Shown: positions 9,097 to 19,893 of the stretch, one piece after another | Layout of the letters: every line of letters starts with the position of its first letter | How positions within the stretch are numbered: the first letter of the stretch is position 1 | Assembly (NCBI GenBank): GCA_041738755.1 | Contig: JBGSPE010000011.1 | Location: forward strand, 6,658-70,657 | Length of the DNA stretch: 64,000 nt | Origin: Minisyncoccia bacterium | GTDB lineage: Bacteria; Patescibacteriota; Minisyncoccia; Phycocordibacterales; UBA918 | Direction of reading: 5' to 3' | Translations under genes and position numbers: made by a program | The notes under the pieces: model-generated | Told to the model about the DNA's origin: nothing | The model's database searches: none | Seen by the model: only the letters and a program-made list of their open reading frames with translations

Positions 9097-11295
9097 ATGG
9101 CCCGAAAAAAACCACTCAAGAAACCACCTCGTCAACCGCTGTTTGACGATCTTTCGCCGCAAGCGAAGCAAGCTATCTGGTCAGTCTTTATGGCGATGCT
9201 GGCAGTCTTCTTTTTGTTTGCACTCTTTGAAGCGGCGGGACCGGTTGGTCGGTATACGGACATGGGGCTCCGCTTCCTCTTTGGCAGTGGAGCATGGCTC
9301 GCACCACTCGCGTGTCTCTCATATATATACGTACTATTGAATCCACGAGAGAATCAGTCGCTCAGTGTTTCTAAAGCGCTCGGGACCGCCCTCTTCTTCC
9401 TGTCACTGTTTGGTGCCTTGGAACTCTACGAAGCAGGTAACGGAGGAGTGATTGGTCTCTCACTCGTGTGGCCACTTACCGCACTCCTTGGGGTCACTCT
9501 GACCGGAGTGTTGTTCGCTTCACTGATACTCATCTCGGTCTTTTTGCTTTTCAATACCGGACTACGATTCTCACTCTTTGCTCAAAAAGACGGTACTGAG
9601 GATGAGGAGGAATTTGATGATGAGTTTGAAGATGAAGAAGTTACACCTAAGAAAGGCAAAGAGAAACTTCCTGAACCCGAGGACGAAGAAGCAGACGATG
9701 ACAATAGTAAAGGTCTTACTGCGGTTGGAAAAGCCGTAGCAAAAATTGCAGCTGCTCGACCGAGCGAAATCGTAGTCAAAAACTTTAGTGGGACCTACAT
9801 TGCACCGTCCCTCTCACTCTTGAAGAAAGAGACGAGTAAGGCGCAGATTGGTGACGTGAAGGCAAACGCTAACATGATTAAACGAACCCTCCATGAGTTC
9901 GGTATTAGTGTGGAGATGGACGCCGTTGAGAGTGGTCCGACCATCACCCGCTACGCCTTGAAGCCAGCCCAAGGAGTGAAGATCTCTCGGATTGTTGGAC
10001 TGCAGCAAGAACTCCAGTTGGCTCTTAAGGCGAGCTCGATTCGTATCGAAGCGCCAATCCCGGGTAAGTCACTGGTTGGTATCGAGGTACCAAATCAGAC
10101 GAGAGCTACAGTCGGTCTTGCTTCAATGCTCGCTACCCCGGACTACACCGACTCCCCTCATCCACTGATTGTGGCTCTCGGGAAAGATGTTACTGGTCAC
10201 GTGCACTTCGCGAACGTGGCCCGGATGCCACACGGACTGATTGCTGGTACGACTGGGTCTGGTAAGTCGGTCGCGATTCACAATGTCATCATCTCGTTGC
10301 TCTTCCGGAACTCACCGGACCAGCTGCGCTTCATCCTCGTCGACCCTAAGCGAGTGGAACTCACCCTCTATAACAAAATCCCCCATCTCCTCACACCGGT
10401 TATCACCGACGCCAAGAAAGCTATTCGCGCACTCTCATGGGCAGTGAAGGAAATGGAACGACGGTACGATATCCTCGAAAGTGAGCAAGTGCAGAACATC
10501 AGCTCATACCACAAGAACGTCTACCAGCCAGCCAAGAAGGAATGGGAAGCCAATGGGAAGCAAGAAGAGGAGCGGGTAAATCTCCCGGAAGCCCTCCCCT
10601 ACATTGTGATTATCCTTGACGAGCTCAACGACCTGATGCAGGCGTACCCACGGGAACTTGAAGCCTGTATCGTACGACTCGCCCAGATGAGTCGGGCGGT
10701 CGGTATCCACCTTATCCTCGCGACCCAGCGTCCGTCGGTGAATGTTATTACCGGTACTATTAAAGCTAACGTACCAACTCGTATCGCCTTGGCGGTAGCC
10801 TCACAAATCGACTCACGAACGATTATTGACGGCGTAGGAGCTGAGAAGCTCCTTGGAGCGGGCGACATGTTGTACCTCTCTTCTGATAGTCCACGGCCTT
10901 TCCGCCTCCAATCAGCCTACGTCTCAGAAGAAGAAATCAAAAAAGTGGTGGATTATCTCCGCAAGCAAGCCTCGACTGACCTGTCTGACACGATTAACTT
11001 CGATGAAAAAGAAGAGAATGGTGGCGATAGCTTCTTTAAGTCACTGACTGGAAACGGTAATGAAGAAGCTGATGACGAGCTCTACGACGATGCCAAGCAG
11101 GCCGTCATGGAAGCTGGTAAGGCCTCGACCTCGTACCTCCAGCGAAAACTACGGATTGGGTACTCGAGAGCAGCGCGCCTGATTGACCTCCTTGAAGAAA
11201 ACGGTGTGATTGGTGCCCAAGATGGCTCGAAAGCCCGGGAAGTGAAGTATGACAGTGGAGAAGATACTGATGATGAGGAGCTTATCCGAGAATAA
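9097..11295 (+). CDS. ftsK: DNA translocase FtsK/SpoIIIE
   Basis: N-terminal TMs, GTTGSGKS Walker A, ATQRPS, gamma domain LQRKLRIGYSRAARLID. Confidence 0.97.
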   Translation: MARKKPLKKPPRQPLFDDLSPQAKQAIWSVFMAMLAVFFLFALFEAAGPVGRYTDMGLRFLFGSGAWLAPLACLSYIYVLLNPRENQSLSVSKALGTALFFLSLFGALELYEAGNGGVIGLSLVWPLTALLGVTLTGVLFASLILISVFLLFNTGLRFSLFAQKDGTEDEEEFDDEFEDEEVTPKKGKEKLPEPEDEEADDDNSKGLTAVGKAVAKIAAARPSEIVVKNFSGTYIAPSLSLLKKETSKAQIGDVKANANMIKRTLHEFGISVEMDAVESGPTITRYALKPAQGVKISRIVGLQQELQLALKASSIRIEAPIPGKSLVGIEVPNQTRATVGLASMLATPDYTDSPHPLIVALGKDVTGHVHFANVARMPHGLIAGTTGSGKSVAIHNVIISLLFRNSPDQLRFILVDPKRVELTLYNKIPHLLTPVITDAKKAIRALSWAVKEMERRYDILESEQVQNISSYHKNVYQPAKKEWEANGKQEEERVNLPEALPYIVIILDELNDLMQAYPRELEACIVRLAQMSRAVGIHLILATQRPSVNVITGTIKANVPTRIALAVASQIDSRTIIDGVGAEKLLGAGDMLYLSSDSPRPFRLQSAYVSEEEIKKVVDYLRKQASTDLSDTINFDEKEENGGDSFFKSLTGNGNEEADDELYDDAKQAVMEAGKASTSYLQRKLRIGYSRAARLIDLLEENGVIGAQDGSKAREVKYDSGEDTDDEELIRE

Positions 11296-11300
11296 TACCT

Positions 11301-11681
11301 ATGGAACAGCGTATCTTGGATTATTTCAGTTTTCGTTCCCTTACCCTCAGTATTGTTGGGTTACTGGGAGTCTTGTGTCTCTTGCTCTTCCTTATCTTTC
11401 AGGCTCGGTATGTGATTGTGGGTCCGCAGATAGTGATAACCGAGGCGCCGCAAGGACCACAGAACCAGCAACAAATCTTCCTCGGTGGTCGGGCATATAA
11501 TATCTCTCGCCTCTGGCTCAATGATCGGCCAATTTATACCGACCCTCAGGGGAATTTTAAAGAGGCGCTTGTCCTCGAAAACGGCTATACTATAGCTACC
11601 CTACGAGCTGAAGATCGATACGGCAGGAGCACTGAAGTGCAACAGACGTTGGTCTATGCCCCGGCCAGCTTCGTGCAGTAA
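11301..11681 (+). CDS. membrane-anchored Ig-like hypothetical protein
   Basis: One TM followed by a beta-rich domain (GNF...L.L..G...A.D.YG). Confidence 0.7.
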   Translation: MEQRILDYFSFRSLTLSIVGLLGVLCLLLFLIFQARYVIVGPQIVITEAPQGPQNQQQIFLGGRAYNISRLWLNDRPIYTDPQGNFKEALVLENGYTIATLRAEDRYGRSTEVQQTLVYAPASFVQ

Positions 11682-11725
11682 TAGACGGAGGTCTACCCTA
11701 TTTATAATCACGTAATCAAATTAGT

Positions 11726-12859
11726 ATGGCAGTCAAAAAAGGTCCAAAGAAAGCTCCCGTGGTCGCACGAAAGACCGGTGAAAAAAGTGAAATGAATGAT
11801 ATCGCAGAAACCCTGCGCAGTATCAAGACAAAATTTGGTGATGAAGCCATCATGACGCTTGATGAAAGTAAGAAGGTGGATGTTGAAGCTATCTCATCTG
11901 GGTCTATCGGACTTGATGAAGCACTCGGTATCAGTGGTTACCCACGGGGACGAATTATTGAAATCTACGGACCAGAATCGTCTGGTAAGACTACCCTCGC
12001 TCTCCATGCGGTTGCCGAAGCACAAAAGGCTGGTGGTATCTGTGCCTTTATCGATGCTGAACATGCGATGGACCCTGAATACGCTCGAAACCTTGGTGTG
12101 AAGCTTGATGAACTTCTTATCTCACAACCTGATAATGGTGAGCAGGCCTTGGAAATCGTGGAATCACTCGTCCGCTCTGGAAAGCTTGATGTGATTGTCA
12201 TCGACTCGGTAGCGGCCCTTACCCCACGAGATGAAATCGAGGGTGAAATGGGCGCCCACCATGTGGGTAAGCAAGCTCGACTGATGAGCCAGGCCCTGCG
12301 AAAACTCACGGGAATTGTCGCGAAAAGTAAGACGGTAATTATCTTCATCAACCAAATCCGCATGCAGGTAGGAGTGATGTTTGGTAACCCTGAGACTACT
12401 CCAGGAGGAAAGGCCTTGAAGTTCTATACCTCTGTTCGACTTGATATCCGTCGTATTGCCCAAATTAAAAAGGGCGAAGAAGTGGTTGGTGGTCGGCACC
12501 GAGTGAAGGTAGTAAAGAATAAGGTCGCTTCCCCTTTTCGCACCACTGAATTTGACCTTATCTACGGAGAAGGAATTAGTCGTGAAGGAGAACTCTTGGC
12601 GCTCGGAGAGAAATACAAGATGGTGCGTAAGTCAGGAGCGTCATACACCTATCTCCCACCAGGTGGCGATGAGTCCGCTGAAGTGAAGCTTGGACGTGGG
12701 TATGACGCCGCTCGGACTACCCTCCGGAGTGAAAAGAAGCTCCAAACTGAACTCTTGAAGAATATTCGGAAAGCAATGAAAGAAGATATGGCGCCTGCTG
12801 GCCCAACTAAGAGCTCAGCAAGTGATGATGAAGAAGAACAACTACCAGAAGCTGAATAG
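11726..12859 (+). CDS. recA: recombinase RecA
   Basis: [34 protein letters not shown]. Confidence 0.99.
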   Translation: MAVKKGPKKAPVVARKTGEKSEMNDIAETLRSIKTKFGDEAIMTLDESKKVDVEAISSGSIGLDEALGISGYPRGRIIEIYGPESSGKTTLALHAVAEAQKAGGICAFIDAEHAMDPEYARNLGVKLDELLISQPDNGEQALEIVESLVRSGKLDVIVIDSVAALTPRDEIEGEMGAHHVGKQARLMSQALRKLTGIVAKSKTVIIFINQIRMQVGVMFGNPETTPGGKALKFYTSVRLDIRRIAQIKKGEEVVGGRHRVKVVKNKVASPFRTTEFDLIYGEGISREGELLALGEKYKMVRKSGASYTYLPPGGDESAEVKLGRGYDAARTTLRSEKKLQTELLKNIRKAMKEDMAPAGPTKSSASDDEEEQLPEAE

Positions 12860-12972
12860 AGAGTAAAAGCCGCCGGGGCCAAAGGCCCCGCGGCTTTTCT
12901 ACATATTTCACCTCTTTATAATACCTCTTATTGTTATACTGAAAAATAGATTTAATACTCATTATTTATTTT

Positions 12973-13686
12973 ATGAAAAATCTTATATATCGTATACTCG
13001 CAGGGACTATTATATTGAGTATTCTAATTATCGTTAGCCTTGTCTTCATAGGTATAGCTAGCGACCAGGGTAGTTTACAAATAACTGATCAAGAACCAGC
13101 TATGAATTCAGACACTTATAGTGACGAGACCTTACAAAAACTCTATGCGGAAGGTAAATATGATGAATTAAAACAAGCGCTCGTCTCCGCTGTTAGCGAT
13201 CCTCTGACCAATCCTTTCTCACTCTATTCATATAGTGCCACGCTCTTTGAGTTAGGAAATCGAGAACAAGCGGCTTTTGTATTTTACTTGGCTCAAGTCC
13301 GAACGAGAGCATATACACAACTTGACCCAGATCCATCTGCTTCTGGCGCATTACGAGGAGCACTGAATGACGGTGTGGGGCAAATTATTAATCCTTGGGT
13401 AGGGTCTGATGCGGAGAGTTGGAAACGAATTGCTTTTGCGGCGGTCGCTTATGATCAAGGTCTTGGCTACCCTGCTCCGGAATTTGGAACTCCAAAAGAA
13501 ACCTGGGAAGCACTGATTGATGCCGAACGAGCGGCTTACGCCGCTGATATGGAGTCGTTTCTTGGTCCTCTAGACCAAGCTACCCATGCGATACAACGGG
13601 AACAAAACGGTCTCTATGCCGGACCATTGCAAGATCCTGGTGAACCACTACCAGCAGCATGGATCGAGCCTACTTATCTAGAATAA
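12973..13686 (+). CDS. membrane-anchored hypothetical protein (paralog A)
   Basis: 237 aa with N-terminal TM; domain shared with the next ORF. Confidence 0.75.
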   Translation: MKNLIYRILAGTIILSILIIVSLVFIGIASDQGSLQITDQEPAMNSDTYSDETLQKLYAEGKYDELKQALVSAVSDPLTNPFSLYSYSATLFELGNREQAAFVFYLAQVRTRAYTQLDPDPSASGALRGALNDGVGQIINPWVGSDAESWKRIAFAAVAYDQGLGYPAPEFGTPKETWEALIDAERAAYAADMESFLGPLDQATHAIQREQNGLYAGPLQDPGEPLPAAWIEPTYLE

Positions 13687-13818
13687 TTAATCTTGAAATA
13701 GCCAAAGCAGGGACTCTTGTAAAAGTCCCTGCTTTTTTACCCAATGAATACGCCACATCTGTACTTGGAGTTGCTATACTTTAATCAGAATTGTTTTAAT
13801 CTATTATCCTCACTTTAT

Positions 13819-15057
13819 ATGAACATAATTATTAAAAAAGCACTGACCCTCACCCTACTCATACTATTATTACCAATTACTACCCTATCAGCTGAAACAG
13901 CTACGGTTGAGGAACAACTCCATACATCTTCACTCCAAAGCGCTGCGACCAACCAGAGTCTCTATCGGTTTCCTCGAGTGCTTGGACATAGTACTGATGA
14001 AACTTCCACCCGAGTCACGAGAACTCTTGAACAAGCAATTGCGAGTGAATATGAAGATATTACTATAGAGCCACCAACTGGATGGTCAGTGTCTGAAGAA
14101 ATTGATGCAGATGGGATATTTTCAACTTATATACTCAATGAAAACTATACTGCCCAGATTGCAATACATCGTATTTATGACCCTGAAGTAACACTAGATT
14201 CTCTCACGGAAGAAATTGAAGCTGTCTGTGAAGTTTGTGGCTACACCATTGAGGACAAAGAGGAAGTAACCTTTCTTGAGGAAGATGGTATATTCTTTGC
14301 GGTACAAGCTGATGGCGAGCGATTTGATCAATATGCCACGGTGATTGATGACGTCGCATATATTGCTACCATCTCGGCTGGAGATGAACTCTGGGATAGC
14401 TATAAAGCTATCATGACTAAGAGTATTGAAACACTTGAAGTTATTTCAGTTGAGCCAATTAAAACTACTCCCATTGAACCTGAAGAAGTTGATACAGACG
14501 CCTTCGAAGCTGTGATTGCATTGATTGAAGCAGAAGAATTCGAACAAGCAGAAGTAGCAATCATTGAAGCGGTGGCAAATCCTGAGACTGACCCATTCAC
14601 CCTCTATGGATACAGTATTATTCTTTTCTATTTCTTGGAAAATCGAGAACAAGCGGCCTTTGTGTTTCATGTCGCTCAGCTCAGATCAGGAGCTTTTACA
14701 GAAACTCCAGATGATTCCGACTCTTATGGGTACTTTGCCTTACGCTCATCTCTCGATAGTATTACGGGAGAAGTTATTCTGCCTTGGCTAGGGTCTGATA
14801 TTGAAGCTTGGAAGAAACTAGCACAAACTGCCATTAATTTTGAACAAACACTCGGCTATCCAACGAACCTCCTTGGACTTGATGAAGCTGCGTGGGAGGA
14901 ATTGGTGGATGATGTGCGAGATGAATACCAAGCTGGAATGGAGGAATACTTACTCCCTGTAACTGAGAGCGAAGCCCGGGCCCTCCGAGCTGAAAACGGA
15001 CTCTCGGTTGGACCGTGGGAAGGCCCAGGCGACCCAGTACCAGTTGAGTGGAGATAA
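13819..15057 (+). CDS. secreted hypothetical protein, PsbP-like N domain plus paralog-A domain
   Basis: Signal peptide from ATG 13819; IEPPTGW motif; C-terminal half homologous to 12973..13686. Confidence 0.7.
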   Translation: MNIIIKKALTLTLLILLLPITTLSAETATVEEQLHTSSLQSAATNQSLYRFPRVLGHSTDETSTRVTRTLEQAIASEYEDITIEPPTGWSVSEEIDADGIFSTYILNENYTAQIAIHRIYDPEVTLDSLTEEIEAVCEVCGYTIEDKEEVTFLEEDGIFFAVQADGERFDQYATVIDDVAYIATISAGDELWDSYKAIMTKSIETLEVISVEPIKTTPIEPEEVDTDAFEAVIALIEAEEFEQAEVAIIEAVANPETDPFTLYGYSIILFYFLENREQAAFVFHVAQLRSGAFTETPDDSDSYGYFALRSSLDSITGEVILPWLGSDIEAWKKLAQTAINFEQTLGYPTNLLGLDEAAWEELVDDVRDEYQAGMEEYLLPVTESEARALRAENGLSVGPWEGPGDPVPVEWR

Positions 15058-15126
15058 CACAGACGTAAAAAAGCGGCCATAGGCCGCTTTTTTGTCTTCT
15101 CATATTTTCTGTACTGAATACATGTC

Positions 15127-16992
15127 TTACCAGCTTCTCCCTCCACCTCCACCTCCGCCTCCGCCAGAGCTACCAGAGGAAGAGCCTGAACTTGACCCTG
15201 AAGACCCTGAGGAATTACCATTTCTAGAAACAAATGTTTTTTCCGTACTGCTGGTGAAATTTCCAAAATCAGTCACAAAAGAATTCGCAGTAAAGTTCTC
15301 GACCGAACCACCTTGATACCAAGATGGATTGTGCTGATACATTTCTTCAAACTCCTTCGCCCACTTCTTCTCTAATCCGAATATCATGGCAAATGGGAGT
15401 AGTATTTCAAATAATTCTGGGGTTTTTTCTGGAGCATTGTGAAATTTGATACGCTCATCTTCGGCCACATCAATATACAATTTCAAGCCTTCAAGGTAAT
15501 AGGCTGCTTCAATTCCCTTTTCGGAATAGTGTAATCGTTTAAAGTTTTTTGAAGAGAAGAAATAGCCTAGAAATACATAACACACAAGCAACGCTATATA
15601 AGTAGCAAAAGCTATTGTCCCAAAAATAACCCACACAAAAACACCGGGGTTAACAGCAAAAAAGAGAACTAGAAATGGGTGCAGTTTAAAAAATGGTCGG
15701 GCGTATTCTGGGTCTTTTTTGCAAAGAAAATATCCAGACTTAGTTACTTCTTTGCTTAGCTCAGATGAAAGTGTGTATATATGTTGCCCAAAACTTGCTT
15801 TAATAGTATCTAGATTATTTCCACTAAGCATATCGAACAGTACTTTGCTGTACGTACTTAGGGTATCTTTCGAAGTATTAGTTCCGTCAAAGGTATATGT
15901 ATCTGGCAAAATAAGGTTTTCATCGGTTTTTTTAATGATGATATGTCCTTTAGTTGCAAGATAAATAGTCTGGGCTGATATCACGCTTGGTGAAACATCA
16001 ACAGCGCCCTTTAATACTGCAGCAGCGAGCAGTGGATCAAAAGAAGCAGGATCATACTGTGCAACAACATTGTACTTTTCAGATAAACGGCGAACACGCC
16101 GCCAGGCTGGCAATCGCTTTTTCAGTACGCGGTACAGCAGGAACGGAATCAAGAGGAGTGGCCAGTACTGCAAGTAATCTGGCTCGGCAGGTGCGACTTC
16201 TGGTGAAACTACTACATCGGGCGGAAAGGCTACCGCAATGGTCATACCTTGGCCAGGCATGAGTCCAGCCGGGCCAGTAAAGAAAATGTTTGAAGTAGAC
16301 TGTTTGGTATTTTGAACCACTGAATCATCACCACAACTGTTTGTCTCGTCAAAATACCCACAAAACGATCTGATTATGAGTCTATCTTCTGAAACAGATG
16401 GAATAGTGACCTTGGCTGAAACTTGTCCGATTGGAACTTCCCACAGGTCGCCAGTCACATTCCAATAAATTTCAGTCCGATCATCAAAATACCCAAGAGC
16501 ATTCTCTACGGTATAGGTAATAACATAGGTTTTTTTACCAGTTAGAAAAACTTCTGGGTCTCCGATTTTCACCGAGAACCAATAATAATCATCAGACAAC
16601 ATCGGAGAGTTCGGGAACAATCGTTCAAACCATGAGGGTTCACCGCTATTGAGACCCGTAGCAACAAATGGTTGCACGGTACCCATTTCATCAGTAACAT
16701 TAACATCAACGATTTGAATCTCCCCCACTGTTCCAATCACATTCGTCAGCGGAATATCGCGAATAATGCCTCTTCTTTCATTGATACCAAAGTTGTAGAC
16801 AATCGTTTCGGTTACGGTAACTATCCCATCAGCTTTTACTTCAATATCTACATTAAATGAATCGATTGATTCAGAATAGAGACTTTCTTCAACGAAGAAA
16901 GTCTCTTCATCTGTCATTTGTGCAGAGACAGGACTAAGAAGAACACCACTGAGTACTAAGGCTGTAAAAAAAGGTAAAAGGTAATATCTCAT
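15127..16992 (-). CDS. DUF2207-family membrane protein
   Basis: VTETIVYNF, GI.R.IP, IYWNVTG..W, LPFAMIFGL.KKWAK.F, C-terminal GGGGGGGRSW. Confidence 0.9.
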   Translation of the reverse strand: MRYYLLPFFTALVLSGVLLSPVSAQMTDEETFFVEESLYSESIDSFNVDIEVKADGIVTVTETIVYNFGINERRGIIRDIPLTNVIGTVGEIQIVDVNVTDEMGTVQPFVATGLNSGEPSWFERLFPNSPMLSDDYYWFSVKIGDPEVFLTGKKTYVITYTVENALGYFDDRTEIYWNVTGDLWEVPIGQVSAKVTIPSVSEDRLIIRSFCGYFDETNSCGDDSVVQNTKQSTSNIFFTGPAGLMPGQGMTIAVAFPPDVVVSPEVAPAEPDYLQYWPLLLIPFLLYRVLKKRLPAWRRVRRLSEKYNVVAQYDPASFDPLLAAAVLKGAVDVSPSVISAQTIYLATKGHIIIKKTDENLILPDTYTFDGTNTSKDTLSTYSKVLFDMLSGNNLDTIKASFGQHIYTLSSELSKEVTKSGYFLCKKDPEYARPFFKLHPFLVLFFAVNPGVFVWVIFGTIAFATYIALLVCYVFLGYFFSSKNFKRLHYSEKGIEAAYYLEGLKLYIDVAEDERIKFHNAPEKTPELFEILLPFAMIFGLEKKWAKEFEEMYQHNPSWYQGGSVENFTANSFVTDFGNFTSSTEKTFVSRNGNSSGSSGSSSGSSSGSSGGGGGGGGGRSW

Positions 16993-17034
16993 ACCTAAAG
17001 TATAGCAACTTGGTCTGAAATATAGACCATTTTG

Positions 17035-17370
17035 TTAAACAGGACGATATTGTCCTTTCTGATTTGCAAAGAATAGTATCAAACGACTAACGATTGAAAC
17101 CGAAATCATCGCTATGAGTATGCTTATGAGGACTGTCAGTATCCTTCCTTCAGCAAGCGCATGTGTAAACGCATTGATTATAAAGTTTGGGGCATTAGAG
17201 AGTGGCGTAGCAAGAAAGTTACTTACGATACTAGCCACGTGGGTCAATCGCCCAAAGAGATACAGGCTCCCCATAAAGGCTATTCCTTGCCAAACCATTG
17301 CCTGCGTCAAAAAGCTCAACAGATAACTGTAGTAAACGCGCCGCATGATACTTCTTTCTAAACTGGTCAT
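17035..17370 (-). CDS. membrane protein downstream of ECF sigma (possible anti-sigma)
   Basis: LERSIMRRV start followed by TM helices; position in the operon. Confidence 0.6.
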   Translation of the reverse strand: MTSLERSIMRRVYYSYLLSFLTQAMVWQGIAFMGSLYLFGRLTHVASIVSNFLATPLSNAPNFIINAFTHALAEGRILTVLISILIAMISVSIVSRLILFFANQKGQYRPV

Positions 17371-17403
17371 ATACGTATTGATACCTCTTTCTGCACTAAA
17401 AAG

Positions 17404-18021
17404 TTACAACAGACTTTCCGCTTCCCCGCTTTTGCTCTCTTTTTTAAAGGCAGCTTTGGCACGGTGAATCCTGGCTTTAATCGTTCCAACATTTTCACCG
17501 GTGTGATCTGCGATATCTTGGTGCGACCACCGTTCAAGATAATGTAACCGCAAGACAGCAGCGAAATGTCCAGGCATCCGGCTCAAAATACGCTCGATGC
17601 CATCGGCCTTCTCGGCAAAGCCGCTGTGCTCTTTTTGTTCACCTACGTATTGTTCAAATTCTGGATCAAGGGCGGTAAAGCGCTGCCCTTCTTTTATGAG
17701 CTTTTGGTATTTGGTAAACGCGGTATTAAGAAGTATACGATACGCCCAGGAGGAAAACTTAGCTCCCTCTTGAGGCCTGAAGCTATCGGCATTGATATAA
17801 ATTTTGGTGAAGGTATCGAGCACAACTTCTTCTACGTCGAGTGGATTGTGTAAAATTCCTCGTACTTTGCGAGTAAACGCATCCTCATACCGCTGAATCA
17901 AGAGCGAGAAGTACCAGGGTTTTAGTTTTGACTCCAATAACAATACTTCATCGCTCCGTTCTACTTCTGTATTATCTGAACCAAATCCCAACATAGATAG
18001 GTACATACTATCACTCAACAC
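17404..18021 (-). CDS. ECF sigma-70 factor
   Basis: EEVVLDTF.K, FSSWAYRI..N, region 4 SHQDIA...GTIKARIHRAK. Confidence 0.92.
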   Translation of the reverse strand: MLSDSMYLSMLGFGSDNTEVERSDEVLLLESKLKPWYFSLLIQRYEDAFTRKVRGILHNPLDVEEVVLDTFTKIYINADSFRPQEGAKFSSWAYRILLNTAFTKYQKLIKEGQRFTALDPEFEQYVGEQKEHSGFAEKADGIERILSRMPGHFAAVLRLHYLERWSHQDIADHTGENVGTIKARIHRAKAAFKKESKSGEAESLL

Positions 18022-18101
18022 GTATTTTGGTAGCCTGGTTTGATTTACCTTTTGACATAAATCTGTTATAAATAAAGCCTTATTTAGATAACCACACGTT
18101 C

Positions 18102-18677
18102 ATGGCCGTCCTCTCATACAATGAAATAACTCTCAAAAAAGTCATTCTCCATGAAGGTGAACCCTATTTGGTGACCGCTACACACGTGTTTCGAAAACAA
18201 CAGCGAAAACCAGTAAATATCACCAAGCTCAAGAGCCTAAAGTCTGGCCGGGTGTTAGAAATCACCTTTCACCAAAATGAGACCGTTGAAGAGGCTGATA
18301 TGGAGACGAAGTCAGTAACTTTTATCTACCGTAAAGGTAATGAGTACTGGTTTCATATTGCCGGAAAACCAAGTGATCGATTTTTCTTGACCGAAGATTT
18401 GGTTGGCCCACAGGGTAAATTCCTCAAAGAACGCAGTGATATTGATGCCCTGGCATTTGAAGATGAAATTATTGGACTCAAATTCCCTATCAAGGTGGTA
18501 CTCAAAGTTAAGGAAGCGATGGACGCAGTTAAAGGTAATAGCTCAAGTGGTGCACAAAAGGAGGTGACACTTGAAACCGGAGCGACACTCATGGTACCGA
18601 TGTTCATTAATACGGGCGACACTATCAGTATTAATACTGAACTTGGAGAGTACTCAGAACGAGTTGATAAGGCATAA
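18102..18677 (+). CDS. efp: elongation factor P
   Basis: KLKSLKSG, KGNSSSGAQK..TLETG..VPMFI..GD.I.INT..GEYSER. Confidence 0.95.
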   Translation: MAVLSYNEITLKKVILHEGEPYLVTATHVFRKQQRKPVNITKLKSLKSGRVLEITFHQNETVEEADMETKSVTFIYRKGNEYWFHIAGKPSDRFFLTEDLVGPQGKFLKERSDIDALAFEDEIIGLKFPIKVVLKVKEAMDAVKGNSSSGAQKEVTLETGATLMVPMFINTGDTISINTELGEYSERVDKA

Positions 18678-18717
18678 GGTAACCGCTCACCATGATGTAT
18701 GGTGAGCGGTTTCTCTT

Positions 18718-18912
18718 TTACTTAGTCTTAAACAGATTAACCAAGAATCTTACAAAATCTGCAGATACGTCTGGACCAAGATCCTCCGCCGGTCTTCGGC
18801 GTCGACGCTGTTTCCATCTTTCTGACCACAATAGGCGATCCTCATATGAAAGACCTACGAGATAGGGACGAATTAACCGACCAGGAGGCATGGGTCTATT
18901 GTCTACTTTCAT
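18718..18912 (-). CDS. small hypothetical protein
   Basis: 64-aa ORF preceded by GAGGAG SD on the minus strand. Confidence 0.45.
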   Translation of the reverse strand: MKVDNRPMPPGRLIRPYLVGLSYEDRLLWSERWKQRRRRRPAEDLGPDVSADFVRFLVNLFKTK

Positions 18913-19042
18913 ACAACACTCCTCAGCATTTTGGTATTGTTTTGACTTTCTGAGCCGAGCTTAGCATATTGCTGCTTAGCTGGATAGGGATGGGTATATA
19001 AAAAGCGGACGGCCCTTTTGGGGCCGTCCGCTTTTTTGTATC

Positions 19043-19243
19043 TTAGTGCTTGATGAATGGCATGAGGGCCATAAATCGTGCTCGCTTCACTGCTTGAGCA
19101 AAGTTTCTTTGTCCTTTGGCTGAAAGGCCGGTTCGGCGACGATTCATCATTCGAGCGTGTGGGTTCACATTGCTCCCGAGACGCAAGATGTTCTTGTAGT
19201 CTACGTGGTGTAATGGAGTACGGTCTGATTGAATTTTTTCCAT
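19043..19243 (-). CDS. rpsR: 30S ribosomal protein S18
   Basis: VDYKN..RRRTG..AKGQR....AVKRARFMALMPF; follows rpsF-ssb. Confidence 0.95.
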   Translation of the reverse strand: MEKIQSDRTPLHHVDYKNILRLGSNVNPHARMMNRRRTGLSAKGQRNFAQAVKRARFMALMPFIKH

Positions 19244-19296
19244 GTTTTTTATGATTGGCTAGTAATAATTTCAAATTTTATTTCAGCGTATTCAGA

Positions 19297-19422
19297 TTCT
19301 AAATTCAGAGGTGACCCAGATACTAGGCGGGCGAGGAAAATACTATGAGTGGGACTAATGTCCAGCGAATAGTATTTTACCGAAGCCCAACGCCGTAGAT
19401 GGGTTACATTCTGGATTTAGAA
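19297..19422. repeat. about 125-bp imperfect palindromic element at the ssb stop
   Basis: Arms TTCTAAATTCAGA-GGTGACCCA / TGGGTTAC-ATTCTGGATTTAGAA; inner AAAATACTAT/ATAGTATTTT. Confidence 0.65.
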
Positions 19423-19857
19423 TGGGATGTCCTCAGGATTAATCTCCTCTTCAGGATAATCAGGTAATGATGGCGCCTTGGAATCATCTTGCGGGTTATT
19501 TCCAGCAGGAGCTGAAGTTGCTCCCGTACCGCCGCCAGTTGCTCCAAATTGGAAGCTATCTGCGATAATTTCGGTTCGATACTGCTTTTGGCCATCTTTG
19601 TCCCAAGAACGAGTGGTGATTCTTCCTTCAATATATACCGGTCGTCCCTTTTGTAGGTACTGACCCATGATGTCAGCTACCTTACCAAACGCAACGATGT
19701 TGTGATATTCAGTTTGTTCTTGCTTCTTACCATCCTTATCATTATAGGTTCGGTTGGTCGCCAGACTGAATGAACAGACAGAATTACCATTTGGAAGGGC
19801 TTTCTTTTCTGGATCTCGAGTGAGATTACCGTAAATCATTACTTTGTTGAGGTACAT
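19417..19857 (-). CDS. ssb: single-stranded DNA-binding protein
   Basis: NKVMIYGNLTRDPE, C-terminal EDIPF. Confidence 0.98.
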   Translation of the reverse strand: MYLNKVMIYGNLTRDPEKKALPNGNSVCSFSLATNRTYNDKDGKKQEQTEYHNIVAFGKVADIMGQYLQKGRPVYIEGRITTRSWDKDGQKQYRTEIIADSFQFGATGGGTGATSAPAGNNPQDDSKAPSLPDYPEEEINPEDIPF

Positions 19858-19893
19858 AAATGTTAGCTGAATCGATTAGATGGATATTCCTGA

